This document shows, piece after piece, positions 1 through 11,128 of a DNA stretch of 64,000 nucleotides (positions are counted from its first letter, which is position 1; each line of letters begins with the position of its first letter). Made by a program: the position numbers and the translations under genes. Origin of the DNA: Eledone cirrhosa (lineage: Eukaryota); the NCBI GenBank assembly GCA_964016885.1, contig OZ024756.1, positions 24,428,001-24,492,000 of the forward strand, read 5' to 3'. The notes under the pieces were generated by a model, which was not told the origin of the DNA, ran no database searches, and was given only the letters and a program-made list of their open reading frames with translations.

Positions 1-266
1 TATTTTTATTTCTATGTTCTTTAATTTACCCTTATGTTCTATTTTAGCATGTTGGTAGAGTACAGATGATTCTTTACTATCTTGAAGCTCTCGCCAGTGT
101 TCATTTATCCGTTCTCCTATACTACGAGCTGTCTCACCTATGTACACGATATTCTTATCTCTACATTGTCCTTCAGTACATCTTATGCTATATACTACAT
201 TTCTAGTTTTACAGTTAATATGGGGGCTTAGTTTACAGATTATACATTTTTTATCTATAAAGGGAG

Positions 267-301
<35 letters not shown>

Positions 302-338
302 CACACGTTACACTTCCTGGATATATATATATATATAT

Positions 339-761
339 ATCGAGAATCTCAAGTTGTAATACGTGACGTATTCTATTCTATAGCGATTGGGTCTTCAAAA
401 TGTTTATTATAAACATACAGAATATTTTCGAATATTCTATGTTTGTCTTCACATATATATCGCTATTTCAGAGCATTAAATCCAAATTCTAATTTCTGCC
501 GGACCGGCTACCGCTCTTTCAAACCAGTTCCTGTACACAGCTAAGTATTCTATAAGTCTCTAGCTGTGTCGTTCTCGATAAAAGCATTGGATATGTAATC
601 CTGATGATTTCTAACAAGAATGAAACGCGTAGATTACTTCCCTTGCTTTTATCGAGAATCTCAAATTGTAATACGTGACGTATTCTATTCTATAGTGATT
701 GGGTCTTCAAAATGTTTATTATAAACATACAGAATATTTTCGAATATTCTATGTTTGTCTT

Positions 762-772
<11 letters not shown>
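339..772 (+). repeat. Direct repeat of about 120 bp (339-460 and 651-772, period 312)
   Basis: ATCGAGAATCTC...GTTTGTCTTCACATATA occurs twice with two substitutions. Confidence 0.92.
595..637 (+). ncRNA. Minimal type I hammerhead ribozyme motif
   Basis: GTAATC-CTGATGA-T-TTCT-AACA-AGAA-T-GAAACGCGTA-GATTAC: stem I GTAATC/GATTAC, intact core, palindromic stem III ACGCGT, GUA triplet; U.U at the base of stem II. Confidence 0.7.
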
Positions 773-822
<50 letters not shown>

Positions 823-1051
823 ATACTTTGGGAGGGTCATGTTGCCAATAACAAATTAACAACAAATTCAGAAACGAAATATATATATATATATATCCAG
901 GAAGTGTAACGCGGAGTTACTGTAGCGAAATGCTCGTTAGCGACAAATAAATGTAATGAAGGAGTACCCGTACGTCCTTTTGACGCATTGAGTCACTACC
1001 ATTACTCCTCTTTCCACTTCTGTCTCGCTCCAACACTGTCTTACTACCATT

Positions 1052-1435
1052 AGGGCGGTGGATTGACAGTATCGGTAGAGGGTCGGACACCATGCTTTGA
1101 CGCATTGAGTTACGGCCCTTGCCATTCTGAGTTAAAATCCCGCCGAGTTTAACTTTGCCTTTCATCCTTACGGGGTCGATAAAATAAAGTACCAGTAATA
1201 CACTGGGTTATTGCTGGCCTTGTGCCAAAAGTAGAAACAATTATTCTTTAATCCAGGGCGGTGGATTGGCAGTATCGGTGGAGAGTCAGACGCCATGCTT
1301 TGACACATAGAGTTACGGCCTTTTCCATTCTGAGTTCAGATCCTGCCGAGGTTGACTTTGCCTTTCATAAGGATAAAGTACCAGTAATGCACTGAGTAAA
1401 TTGCTGGCCTTGTGCCAAAAGTATAAACAATTAAT
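1052..1435 (+). mobile_element. Two tandem copies of tRNA-derived SINE family A
   Basis: Head GGCGGTGGATTGGCAGTATCGGTAGAG, B-box-like GAGTTCAAATCC, body GCCTTTCATCCTTACGGGGTCGATAAAATAAAGTACCAG, tail GGCCTTGTGCCAAAAGTAGAAACAATTATT. Many more copies occur (e.g. 20910-21078, 22325-22712, 32713-32932, 56537-56700, 61873-62062). Confidence 0.85.
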
Positions 1436-1947
1436 ATTATTATTATTATATATATACACACGCATAAAGTGGTTAGTGATAGGAAGGATATTCGGTCGTA
1501 GAAAGCTTGCCAAGCAGAAGGCTGGGAGGACCCCTCAGTCATGACAAGGGCATGACTGCTTCTCTAGTGTTGGTGATCTACACGATAAACGCACCCAGTA
1601 CACGCTGTAAAGGGGTTGGCGATAGGAAGGGCACCCAGCCGTAGAAAGTTTGCCAGACAAAGGGTTAGTAGGAACCTCAGTTGTGACAACCTCCCTGTGC
1701 ACTCGGTAGATCGTGAGGCCGTATATAAGCAGGACGCAGACCACTCGGCTTGTCTGCGAGGTCAGTAACCCGGCTATAGTACTACCTTGGTCTATGTAAG
1801 CCCGTCCAACCCTTGCTAGCATGGAAAACGGACGTTAAAACGATGATGATATATATGTGTGAACGTGTATATACACACACGCACACGCATGTATATAAAT
1901 ATATTCATACATATATGTGTGTGCGTGTATACGCCCATCTCTCTCTC

Positions 1948-2534
1948 TCTATATAAAAGTCTTTGTCTCTCTGTCTGTCTGTCTTTTCCTTATGCATTCT
2001 CAAATGGCTCAACCAAATCGAATCAAATTTCACAAGGTAATATTAGACCCCGTGATTTTTACATGTCGTTTTTATTTTCATTTGGATTAAAATAATATAA
2101 CATTTTATCTAAAATAATCTTTCTATAGTCAACTATAATAAACGGACATTTTATAATACGACGACGACGTCACATTTTGTATATGAGTGTGTAATTGTCT
2201 GTGTGTGTTTGCGCGTTCGTTAATTACGTTAGGCCTTAGTAAGTTACATACACACACATCTTCACGTAAATATTTAATCAGATACACAGAGAATTAAACA
2301 CGCACACACATGTGATGACACAATAAATACTGCTTACCGTGGGGTGCTTCGAGATTGACAGATTTTCATTTCTAAATTCCATTATCATTGCAATATTGAT
2401 TTTTTTGATTTATAAAATATAGATATTTTGAAATGATTACGAGAAAAGAATATATCTTCATATCTTCATATTTATTGTTTACTAATCTGGATAAGAACAG
2501 CAGAAACCCGAGCAACGCTGGGTCATTCAGCTAG
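1948..2534 (+). mobile_element. Non-autonomous Helitron-like element
   Basis: 5' TC-TATATAAAAG followed by (TCTG)n; 3' hairpin CCCGAGCAACGCTGGG then CTAG|T. Confidence 0.65.
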
Positions 2535-2656
2535 TATAAGATAAAAAAAAATACGCAATAGATATATTTATTTCAAACGTATCATTAGATCGCCACATAT
2601 AAATATAGCTGTGTGAGTATGTATGTGTTATATATATATATATTTATATATATATA

Positions 2657-2890
<234 letters not shown>

Positions 2891-3588
2891 AACATATACA
2901 CGTGTGTATATAAGGGCAGGTGTTTCCATGTATAGCTCCACCCACACCTCATCTGTAATAAGGCGGTGTCAATTATTCCATGATTGACAGCTGTTGCCCA
3001 CGTTCTTATTTTTAAAAAATCAGCAGCGGTGGAACGTCTGCAGGCTTTCGGTTAAGAAAACTTCAGCTTCTCTAATTAGAACATTTTATTAACTAAAGTA
3101 AAAACAAAAACAAACAAACACAAACACAAAAAGCCCCCGTAAAACATAGAAGCCCGACTATAAGCACAACAAAGAAAGGAACCCAACGAGCCATACATCA
3201 GATCTTTACAATTTATGCTGGTGTAGTTATTGTAAGTCTATATATTTAACTATTATCTAATTTAACTATCATCTAATTCAGACGTGGTAATGAACCAATA
3301 CGTTTGATTATTAATTTATTTATATTTTCTTTCTTTTTTTTCCTCTCTTTTTCTCTTATCTTTTTTGTTTAAACGTACAGTCTATCTAGTTAATCTATAT
3401 TATATATATATATATAAAGTACCAGTAATGTACTGGGTTATTGCTGGCCTTGTGCCTAAAGTAGAAACAATTATATATATATGTTATTTTGATCACCTAA
3501 GTATCGAACATCTACGATTGTATAGTGATTTCACGGAATTAAAATTTACAGCATATCTTCCAGTTCGGCCTTCTTTTAAATATATATA

Positions 3589-3657
<69 letters not shown>

Positions 3658-3802
3658 TTAAATGGTGAAGGTGAAAATGCACGGAAGTGTATTTAAAGAA
3701 TTGTTTTTTTCTTTAATCCGACAGAATGAATGATTAACAGAAGTAACTATAAGGTTGTATCGTATTTACGTACAGATGATACACACACACACATACACAG
3801 AT

Positions 3803-3915
3803 ATGCGAGGGTCGGCTGAAAAGTTCATAGGCTGACCAAAATGAGGTTTATTTTTCAACGGATCCTGCGTCACTCCTTCGATGTTAGCCTATGAACCTTT
3901 CAGGCCAACCTCGTA
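3803..3915. mobile_element. Mariner-type MITE (CGAGGG..CTGAAAAGTTCATAGGCT termini); longer relative at 13668-13853
   Basis: Imperfect TIRs GAGGGTCGGCTGAAAAGTTCATAGGCT / AGCCTATGAACCTTTCAGGCCAACCTCG with TA flanks. Confidence 0.65.
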
Positions 3916-3997
3916 TTATATATATGTAAATATAAATATATATATATATATATACAATATATTAATAAATGGAAACTATATTTATAAAACCATATTC

Positions 3998-4059
3998 ATT
4001 TTATTACACATATTTCAAGGACACCAAGGCAAATTATGGTGCGCTTCATCAGATAAAAT
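3998..4059 (-). ncRNA. Type I hammerhead ribozyme motif
   Basis: ATTTTAT-CTGATGA-AGCGCACCA-loop-TGGTGTCCTT-GAAA-TATGTG-TA-ATAAAAT: 7-bp stem I, GUA triplet. Confidence 0.65.
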
Positions 4060-5427
4060 ACAGATTTGTTTTATAAATAAATATTGACATACCCGGAAAA
4101 AAAGACAACCTTAACGGTTGAAGTTGAGTGCTTTATATCAGTTATAAAAAAAAAAAAAAAAAAAAAAATGTTAAGCTTGTTGAATCCCAACAAATTAAAT
4201 ATAACCTCTACATATATATATATATATATCGTTTATATATCGAATTAAGAAAAAAGCGAAAATATCTTTCAGGATCGTTATTGGCAGTGTCTGTTCGGTA
4301 TATTAACTTCTTCTTTCCATCATAATCATTTTTGCTGGACAGCAACAGCATTTGTTTTGTTATATATATATTTATATGTGGGATGGGAGGGTTGTTAATT
4401 TCTGTTTGCTCTCTACAGATTGCCTATGTCTATACCACCCTTTCACAGCCATTTCAAAATCGAATTATTAATTGTCACCCTGGGACAACGAACACATTGC
4501 GTATAGCTCGATTGTTGATATTGCTAACTAAGATAGCCTTTATGTTATATATATATATATATGCAGCCAGTTGAGGCGATCAAGCTTGAAACTTCGAAGT
4601 CACTGCATCTTTTCTACTTAGAAAAATAAATTTCCTGCGTTTTATATTTGGATGTTTATAAATGCTACGGTTAACTATAATATAATATTATATATATATA
4701 TATATATATTATATTATTTATGAGAGGTTTGTGTCAATCCTATTAACCTTCGTAAATGATATTGCTTTAAAAAAAATTATTGTTACTACTCTCTGAAGTA
4801 TGACAGGAGGATGGGTGATATACTTAGTGTTTTTTTTTTTTTTTTATATTTTTTTTTTCCATAGACATAAGGCCTTAAATTCTGTTGAAAGGGAACATTT
4901 GGTTGTATCGACCCTCGTAATTGACTGGTATTATAATTTCATCGACAGCTATTTTATATATTTGACCTTGGTGGTATTCATACTCGACGTAAAGACTCGG
5001 AATAAATATAGCATGGTATATTTATTCCGAATTTTCATTGGCACTCTACAGATTCCGTCCATTCAGACCTAATGAAGCATTTATTTTAATTATTTGTTAA
5101 AATTTAGCTTCTGCATAGCTGTATGCATACATATATATGAATTATTTATTTATCTCATACCATATGCTGACTGTAGATTGACAAAATCGGTAGAACCTCA
5201 ATGAAAATACCTGCAATATTTATTTAGGTTCTTTCTGTGATCTGAGTTCAAATGCTGCCGGGGTTAACTTTGCTTTTTTTAATCTTTCCAGGGCTGATAA
5301 AGTACTAGAGTAGATTTAATATTCTTATAAAGCAAGCAATCATTCTTCAGTGTCTTATTGCGGAATTTTAACACCTAAACATTCCGAATACCGTACTCAG
5401 TTGCGACAGTGAAATCATTATATATAT

Positions 5428-5469
<42 letters not shown>

Positions 5470-7164
5470 CATTATATATATGTATATTTTTATATATATA
5501 TAATGTATGTGTTTGTTCTTAGGTCACCTCCACACATAGTATTTGACCACCAACTGTGGCCGAAAACTAGAGTAAGGTGGCGAGCTGTTAAAATTCCATC
5601 CTGGTCGCGCCAAGCACTCAACGAGAACTTTGTTTCGATTCTTTGTTTTAACTATTTCGCTCTATTTGTCATTGAAGTGTCTTTTGCCACATGATAAGCA
5701 TATACACCACATCGCACTACTATAAACTTCACACCTTTTCGCAATCCCCCCAAAGTAATTTTATTATTACAGTCGTTTCTGTTTGGGACCAGTGTTCACT
5801 ACTTCTCGGCTGGTGGAACTACAGAAAACGAATAATTTGGCTGTTTTAAAGACCATAATCGTTCAAAATACTTTTTAAAATATCATAAGCGAAACATAAA
5901 TAAATAGCTCCTTCAAAATTCTAACCAAACCAATCAACTAAAATACTAATTACCCTTAAAAATAAGAATAAAAGATGTTTATTATCACACCCGTATTCGT
6001 GATGAGTATAATAAAAATTTACATACACACACATAAATAATATTAATTTGAATTATATATGTATATATATTGTGTGTGTGTGTATATATATATATAGCTT
6101 TTATTTTATTTTGTTCACAGTTGTATAAAAATATGCTTATAGAACAAAAACACTAACACAAATGATACATACAAATATAAACGCATAAAAGAGAGGTAAA
6201 AAAAGCGGGGGGGGGGGGGGGGGCGCATTCACCACCAAGTGCGACAATCGGCCGCACACCACATTTTAGGGGTTAACTAAATACTTTGAGGAAAGCCAGT
6301 AAGCTCGCAGCATTGCCATGGGTGATGGCGAGGGTGAAACAACCAGGCATCCTCACAGGCATCACCTGGCACCTCAGTAAGGTGAGCCGTCAGTGATGAC
6401 AAGAACTATGCTGGTGTCTGTGTGTTTTTTTCTCATAATTTTCATCTGAAGTTACTACTACTTTAAATAATGGCTAAGTTGTATTTTTAGCAATTTTATT
6501 TTATATTCAGTCTTCTTCTTCCTTGTAATATTTACAATAATCTGGTAAATGTTTACTGCAAAACTGGAGCGATGCGATGCTTAATTTCACATATTTAATA
6601 CTGTTAACAAAAAATGATGAAAGTAAAATATAAACTATATCTAGGGTGTCCCCAAAAATGTATTCACACTTTGATTACCTATACAGGCAATATTTATTAG
6701 AATGTTGTTGAAGTGTGTATACATTTTTTGGGAACACCCTGTATTTCAAAAGGCTATATTTTTTTAACAAATGAACTTATAATCATGCGGTACCTTGTAC
6801 AATACATGTCTAAATATAAAGTTTTATTCTGTTTTATAAAGATATTTACATATTAAGCATTTGTAAAAATTGTAAATAAAACCGGATAATTATTTTTGAA
6901 ACACCCCTGTACATTCGAAAAATAAAGAAAATTAGGAAAAAATAAATAATGGGGGTTGTGGAGATAAGACGTGTACATTCAATCGTACACCACAACAAAG
7001 GGCATCAGAGCCTCTCTCTAAATAATTGTTGAAGGAAGCCAAACACACTGGCAGCATTATCATTGGGTGATAACGAGGCTAAGGTGCTGAAATAACCAAG
7101 TGCCCTAGCGGGCAACACCTGATACCTGAGTAAGGCAGGGGAATACCCAAGCAAGTTATTGTCA

Positions 7165-7860
7165 CAGGCATCACCTCATGCCTGAGTAAAGCTGGAGGAT
7201 AACTAACCCAGCACCCTCACAGCCATCACCTGATACCCCGGTAAGACAGGGGATAACTAACCCAGCACCCTCACAGCCATCACCTGCGGTAAGACAGGGG
7301 ATAACTAACCCAGCACCCTCACAGCCATCACCTGATACCCCGGTAAGACAGGGGATAACTAACCCAGCACCCTCACAGCCATCACCTGATACCCCGGTAA
7401 GACAGGGGATAACTAACCCAGCACCCTCACAGCCATCACCTGATACCCCGGTAAGACAGGGGATAACTAACCCAGCACCCTCACAGCCATCACCTGATAC
7501 CCCGGTAAGACAGGGGATAACTAACCCAGCACCCTCACAGCCATCACCTGATACCCCGGTAAGACAGGGGATAACTAACCCAGCACCCTCACAGCCATCA
7601 CCTGATACCCCGGTAAGACAGGGGATAACTAACCCAGCACCCTCACAGCCATCACCTGATACCCCGGTAAGACAGGGGATAACTAACCCAGCACCCTCAC
7701 AGCCATCACCTGATACCCCGGTAAGACAGGGGATAACTAACCCAGCACCCTCACAGCCATCACCTGATACCCCGGTAAGACAGGGGATAACTAACCCAGC
7801 ACCCTTGCAGACATCATTTGATACGCCGGTAAGACAAGGGAATAACCAGCCCAGCAACCC
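7165..7860. repeat. 54-bp GC-rich minisatellite, about 12 copies
   Basis: Unit GGATAACTAACCCAGCACCCTCACAGCCATCACCTGATACCCCGGTAAGACAGG; it explains the 228-aa repetitive ORF. Confidence 0.95.
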
Positions 7861-8399
7861 TTATGGGCATTACCTGATTTCTAGGTAACACAGAGGAATA
7901 ACCAAGCACCTGTGCTGGACTTAAAGCTAAATAACCTAAAGCTTAGGGCCACACCCCTCGGGGGGGGGGGGGTCTCATTTTAAAAATATGACATTGTTTA
8001 AACTTAAACATGAGCACTTTTAGTATAGTTTTCAGAATCGGGGGGGGGGGGGTCTCTTAAAATATGTACACTAGAAAACTGTTTACATATCAGGGCTAGC
8101 TGAACCTCTTCCTCGTATTTCAAGTTGATCTTGTGGGTGTTGGTGAAACTAAGAGTAGTAAATATGGAATAGCTTCACTGGAAAACATAGAAAATATAAT
8201 TTCTTGAGGATGGGGGAAGAGATGATAAATATGTTCTGATTTAAACCAGCCATAACTGGCCACTCATACTGCTGTTAAGGTATTGTTCTCAAAATAAATA
8301 TCAAAATCTCATAGATTCGATATTATGTGAGGTAAAGCCTTTACATGAAAATACAATAGCAAATATAGAGTAATGTTGATGTTAAAGGGTTAACAAACT

Positions 8400-8617
8400 T
8401 TAACCCTTTAGTGTTCAAACCGACCAGAATTCTCTACCTCTTTCTGTTGAAACTGGCTGTAACTGGTCGCTCAAACTGATGTTAAGGTATTGATTTCAAA
8501 ATAAATACTTTCAAAATCTTATAGATTCGATATTATGTGAGATAATTATGTGAGGTAAAGCCTTTACCATTAAAATATAATAGTATATATACATTAATGT
8601 GAATGCTAAAGGGTTAA
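8400..8617. mobile_element. piggyBac-type MITE (TTAACCCTTTAG...CTAAAGGGTTAA); relatives near 10010-10256, 17655-17862, 21830-22035, 46167-46384
   Basis: TTAA flanks with CCC...GGG termini; shared core CAAAATCTCATAGATTCGATATT. Confidence 0.7.
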
Positions 8618-9189
8618 TCTAATTTGCTGCCATCTGGTAAATCTTTATTTATGAAAGAGGGCTAATTGTAGAGTGTTTGTATAGAAACAAAGCTTCTCAT
8701 ATTTATTTTGATGTGCAGATTGTATGACGTCTATGCATTTCACAAGAATATTTATAGCATAAAGAATCTTGGCCTGCCAAAGGGAAATAGTTTTGTTCCT
8801 CAGCCAAACATTTGTTGATTTTTGTGTTTTCAAAATAACAAAAAATAAATAAAATAAAATAAAACCCTGTTCATTTGATAGCTTATGAAGCAATACTCTT
8901 TCTCTCTCTCTAGTAATAGTAGTAATAAATACAGAGACCAAAATCTATAGAGGACTTGATATATATATATATATGAATAAATATAATAAATATTTAATAT
9001 AGAAATGGCTTCTACAGGACTAGAACTGTTTCATTCGTGTGAAATCAAGCATTCCTGATGATTTCACACGAATGAAACAGTTCTAGTCCTGTAAAAGTTA
9101 TTTCAATATTAAATATTGATGTTTTCACTCTACTAATGTATTGAGTACCTTATTTACTGTGGTTGCCCCCAATTTAACTTGGGATCTAC

Positions 9190-9348
9190 ATCATCATCGT
9201 TTTTACGTTCGTTTTTCCATGCTTGCATGGGTTGGACAGGTCCCTCTCAGCATGGCATCTCTCCACTTGTCGTGTTCCTTCATCGTCTCCTTTGACAGTC
9301 TTGGTGATTTGAGGTCAGGTCTTTCTTGGTCGTCCTGAAGTCTGATCC
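9190..9348 (-). mobile_element. 3' end of an RTE-like LINE
   Basis: Minus strand reads GRPRKT, then CCAACCCATGCAAGCATGGAAAA...(GAT)n, a tail shared with many dispersed copies in the window. Confidence 0.6.
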
Positions 9349-9897
9349 ACTGGTGCTGCTTGTCATGTGTTCACCAGTCAGATAAAACATATTTTTGGAG
9401 TAAAGATGGGTCGATACAGCAGCCCATTGAAGTTGATACAATTTCTTTAGTAACATACCTCAGACAAACCTTGTTACTCTTGGAATTTCAGCATCAGCCA
9501 TCTTCATCCTGGCTGTCGTTAAAGAACAACAACCCCAAGATCAAACCAAAGCTGAAGATGCCTCTTTCAATTGAATTAATAATAGTTATCCTTGGGACAG
9601 TTACTTCCCACTTTCTGAAGCAAGGTGAAGAACACCAAGTTGTTATAGTTGGAAAAATCCCAACATGTTTTCCAGCACTTTCACCGCCACCATTTAGCTA
9701 CTTGTCAGATATTGTGTCAGATGCCATAGCCATATCTATTGTAGCTTTTACTATCAATGTGTCTATATGTAAGATGCTGGCTAAAAAGCATGACTACGAT
9801 ATCAACCCCAACCAGGAATTACAAGCTTATGGTTTCTGCAATGTCTTCAGTTCCTTTTGCAGTGCTGTCTCTCTCTCAAGAAGCCTTGTCCAAGAAT
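9349..9897 (+). pseudogene. Intronless, frameshifted fragment of an SLC26 (sulfate/anion exchanger, prestin/pendrin-like) gene
   Basis: Three successive frames give TGAACHVFTSQIKHIFGVK, NIPQTNLVTLGISASAIFILAVVKE and KLKMPLSIELIIVILGT...DAIAISIVAF...AKKHDYDINPNQEL..YGFCN...SLSRSLVQE. There are two frameshifts and no start or end of the gene. Confidence 0.85.
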
Positions 9898-10671
9898 ACA
9901 CACATACATGCTATGTAAAGGTATTGATACATATTGAATATGTAGCAATCATGTTTCTCAATAAAAAAGCTCAATGGACCTTAGTTCAGAGCATCAATTA
10001 TACAAGTTTATTTACATTATTCTATATATACTATTATATTTTTATGGTAAAGGCTTTATCTCACATAATATCGAATCTATGAGATTTTGATATTATTTAT
10101 TTTGAGAAAAATACCTTAACATCAGTATGAGTGGCTGGTTACAGCTGGTTTAAACAGAAAAAGGTGAGAGAATTCTGCCTGAATACAGCTGGTTTAAACA
10201 GAAAGAGGTGAGAGAATTCTGGCCGGATACAGCTGGTTTAAATGCTAAAGTGTTAAGATAGAGAGAAGAGAAAGAAGCTTATATCTTTTGAGAAACAGCA
10301 TTTTGTACAAATATATAGAGTAAATGATATGTAGGAAAGTAAACATACTTTAAGATAGTAAACGGAACTGTTTTTCCTTCCTTCAATTTATTCATAACGA
10401 TCTTATATATATATATATCTCATCATCATCATTTCATTTTACGTCCGCTTTTTCCCTGATTGCAAGGGTGGGACGGGAACTGATGCTGGCTTGATTTCTA
10501 CAGCTGGATGCCCTTCTGAATGAATTGAATTCACAACCTTTCGATTGCAAGCCCAATGCTCTAACCACTAAGCCATGTGCCTCCATATATATATAATATA
10601 TATAATATATAATATATAATATATATATATAAATATATAAGATCAAAAGATGGTTAAAGGAGTTCCATGTA

Positions 10672-10738
10672 TTTTATTATGCGCATTTCAAAAACAAACA
10701 TCATCATGCAATAATATTTGTGTTTTCATCAGATAAAA
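10672..10738 (-). ncRNA. Type I hammerhead ribozyme motif
   Basis: TTTTAT-CTGATGA-AAACACAAATAT...ATGTTTGTTTTT-GAAA-TGCGCA-TA-ATAAAA: palindromic stem III ATGCGCAT, AUA triplet. Confidence 0.68.
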
Positions 10739-10791
10739 CAGGAGAACATGATATGAAGGCTAAAAAACACTATAGTTGTGAATAAATTGAA

Positions 10792-11128
10792 GGAAGCACA
10801 TGGCCTAGTGGTTAGAGCATTGGCCTTGTAATCGAAAGGTTGTGAGTTCAATTCTCAGACCGGGTGATGTGTTGTTTCCTTGAGCAAGACACTTTATTTC
10901 ACATTGCTCCATTTTACTCAGCTGTAGAAATGAGATGATAGGGACTGGGGTCCATATCATTCCACTGCAAAGTGGTCGTGGAGGTGCCACGGCAAAAAAG
11001 CACACATCACTCACTGTAAATGAGGTTGGTGTTAGGAAGGGCATCCAGCTGTAGAAATCAAGCCAGAATCAGTTCCTGTCCCACCCTTGCAAGCAGGGTA
11101 AAAGCGGACGTGAAATGAAATGAATGAA
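10792..11128 (+). mobile_element. tRNA-derived SINE family B, full length; copies at 26395-26730 (-) and 40915-41266 (-), internally deleted copy at 10425-10585 (-)
   Basis: A-box TGGCCTAGTGG, B-box GAGTTCAATTC, body CCTTGAGCAAGACACTTTATTTCACATTGCTCCA, LINE-like tail with (TGAAA)n. Confidence 0.85.

Noticed and set aside
3000-4700. Possible promoter or non-coding first exons of the fusion gene (donor-like site near 3232, acceptor-like site near 4418)
   Set aside because: An upstream UTR exon is implied by the 14970 acceptor but cannot be placed without transcript data
7171-7857. 228-aa Cys/Gly repeat ORF
   Set aside because: A 54-bp minisatellite whose unit is a multiple of three; units are near-identical at silent sites and there is no splice or start context
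9360-10082. 240-aa ORF as a functional SLC26 exon
   Set aside because: Homology switches frame twice, and the ORF ends run into unrelated sequence
10792-10865. tRNA-like sequence with A and B boxes
   Set aside because: It is the head of a multi-copy SINE and continues into the SINE body and tail; not a tRNA gene
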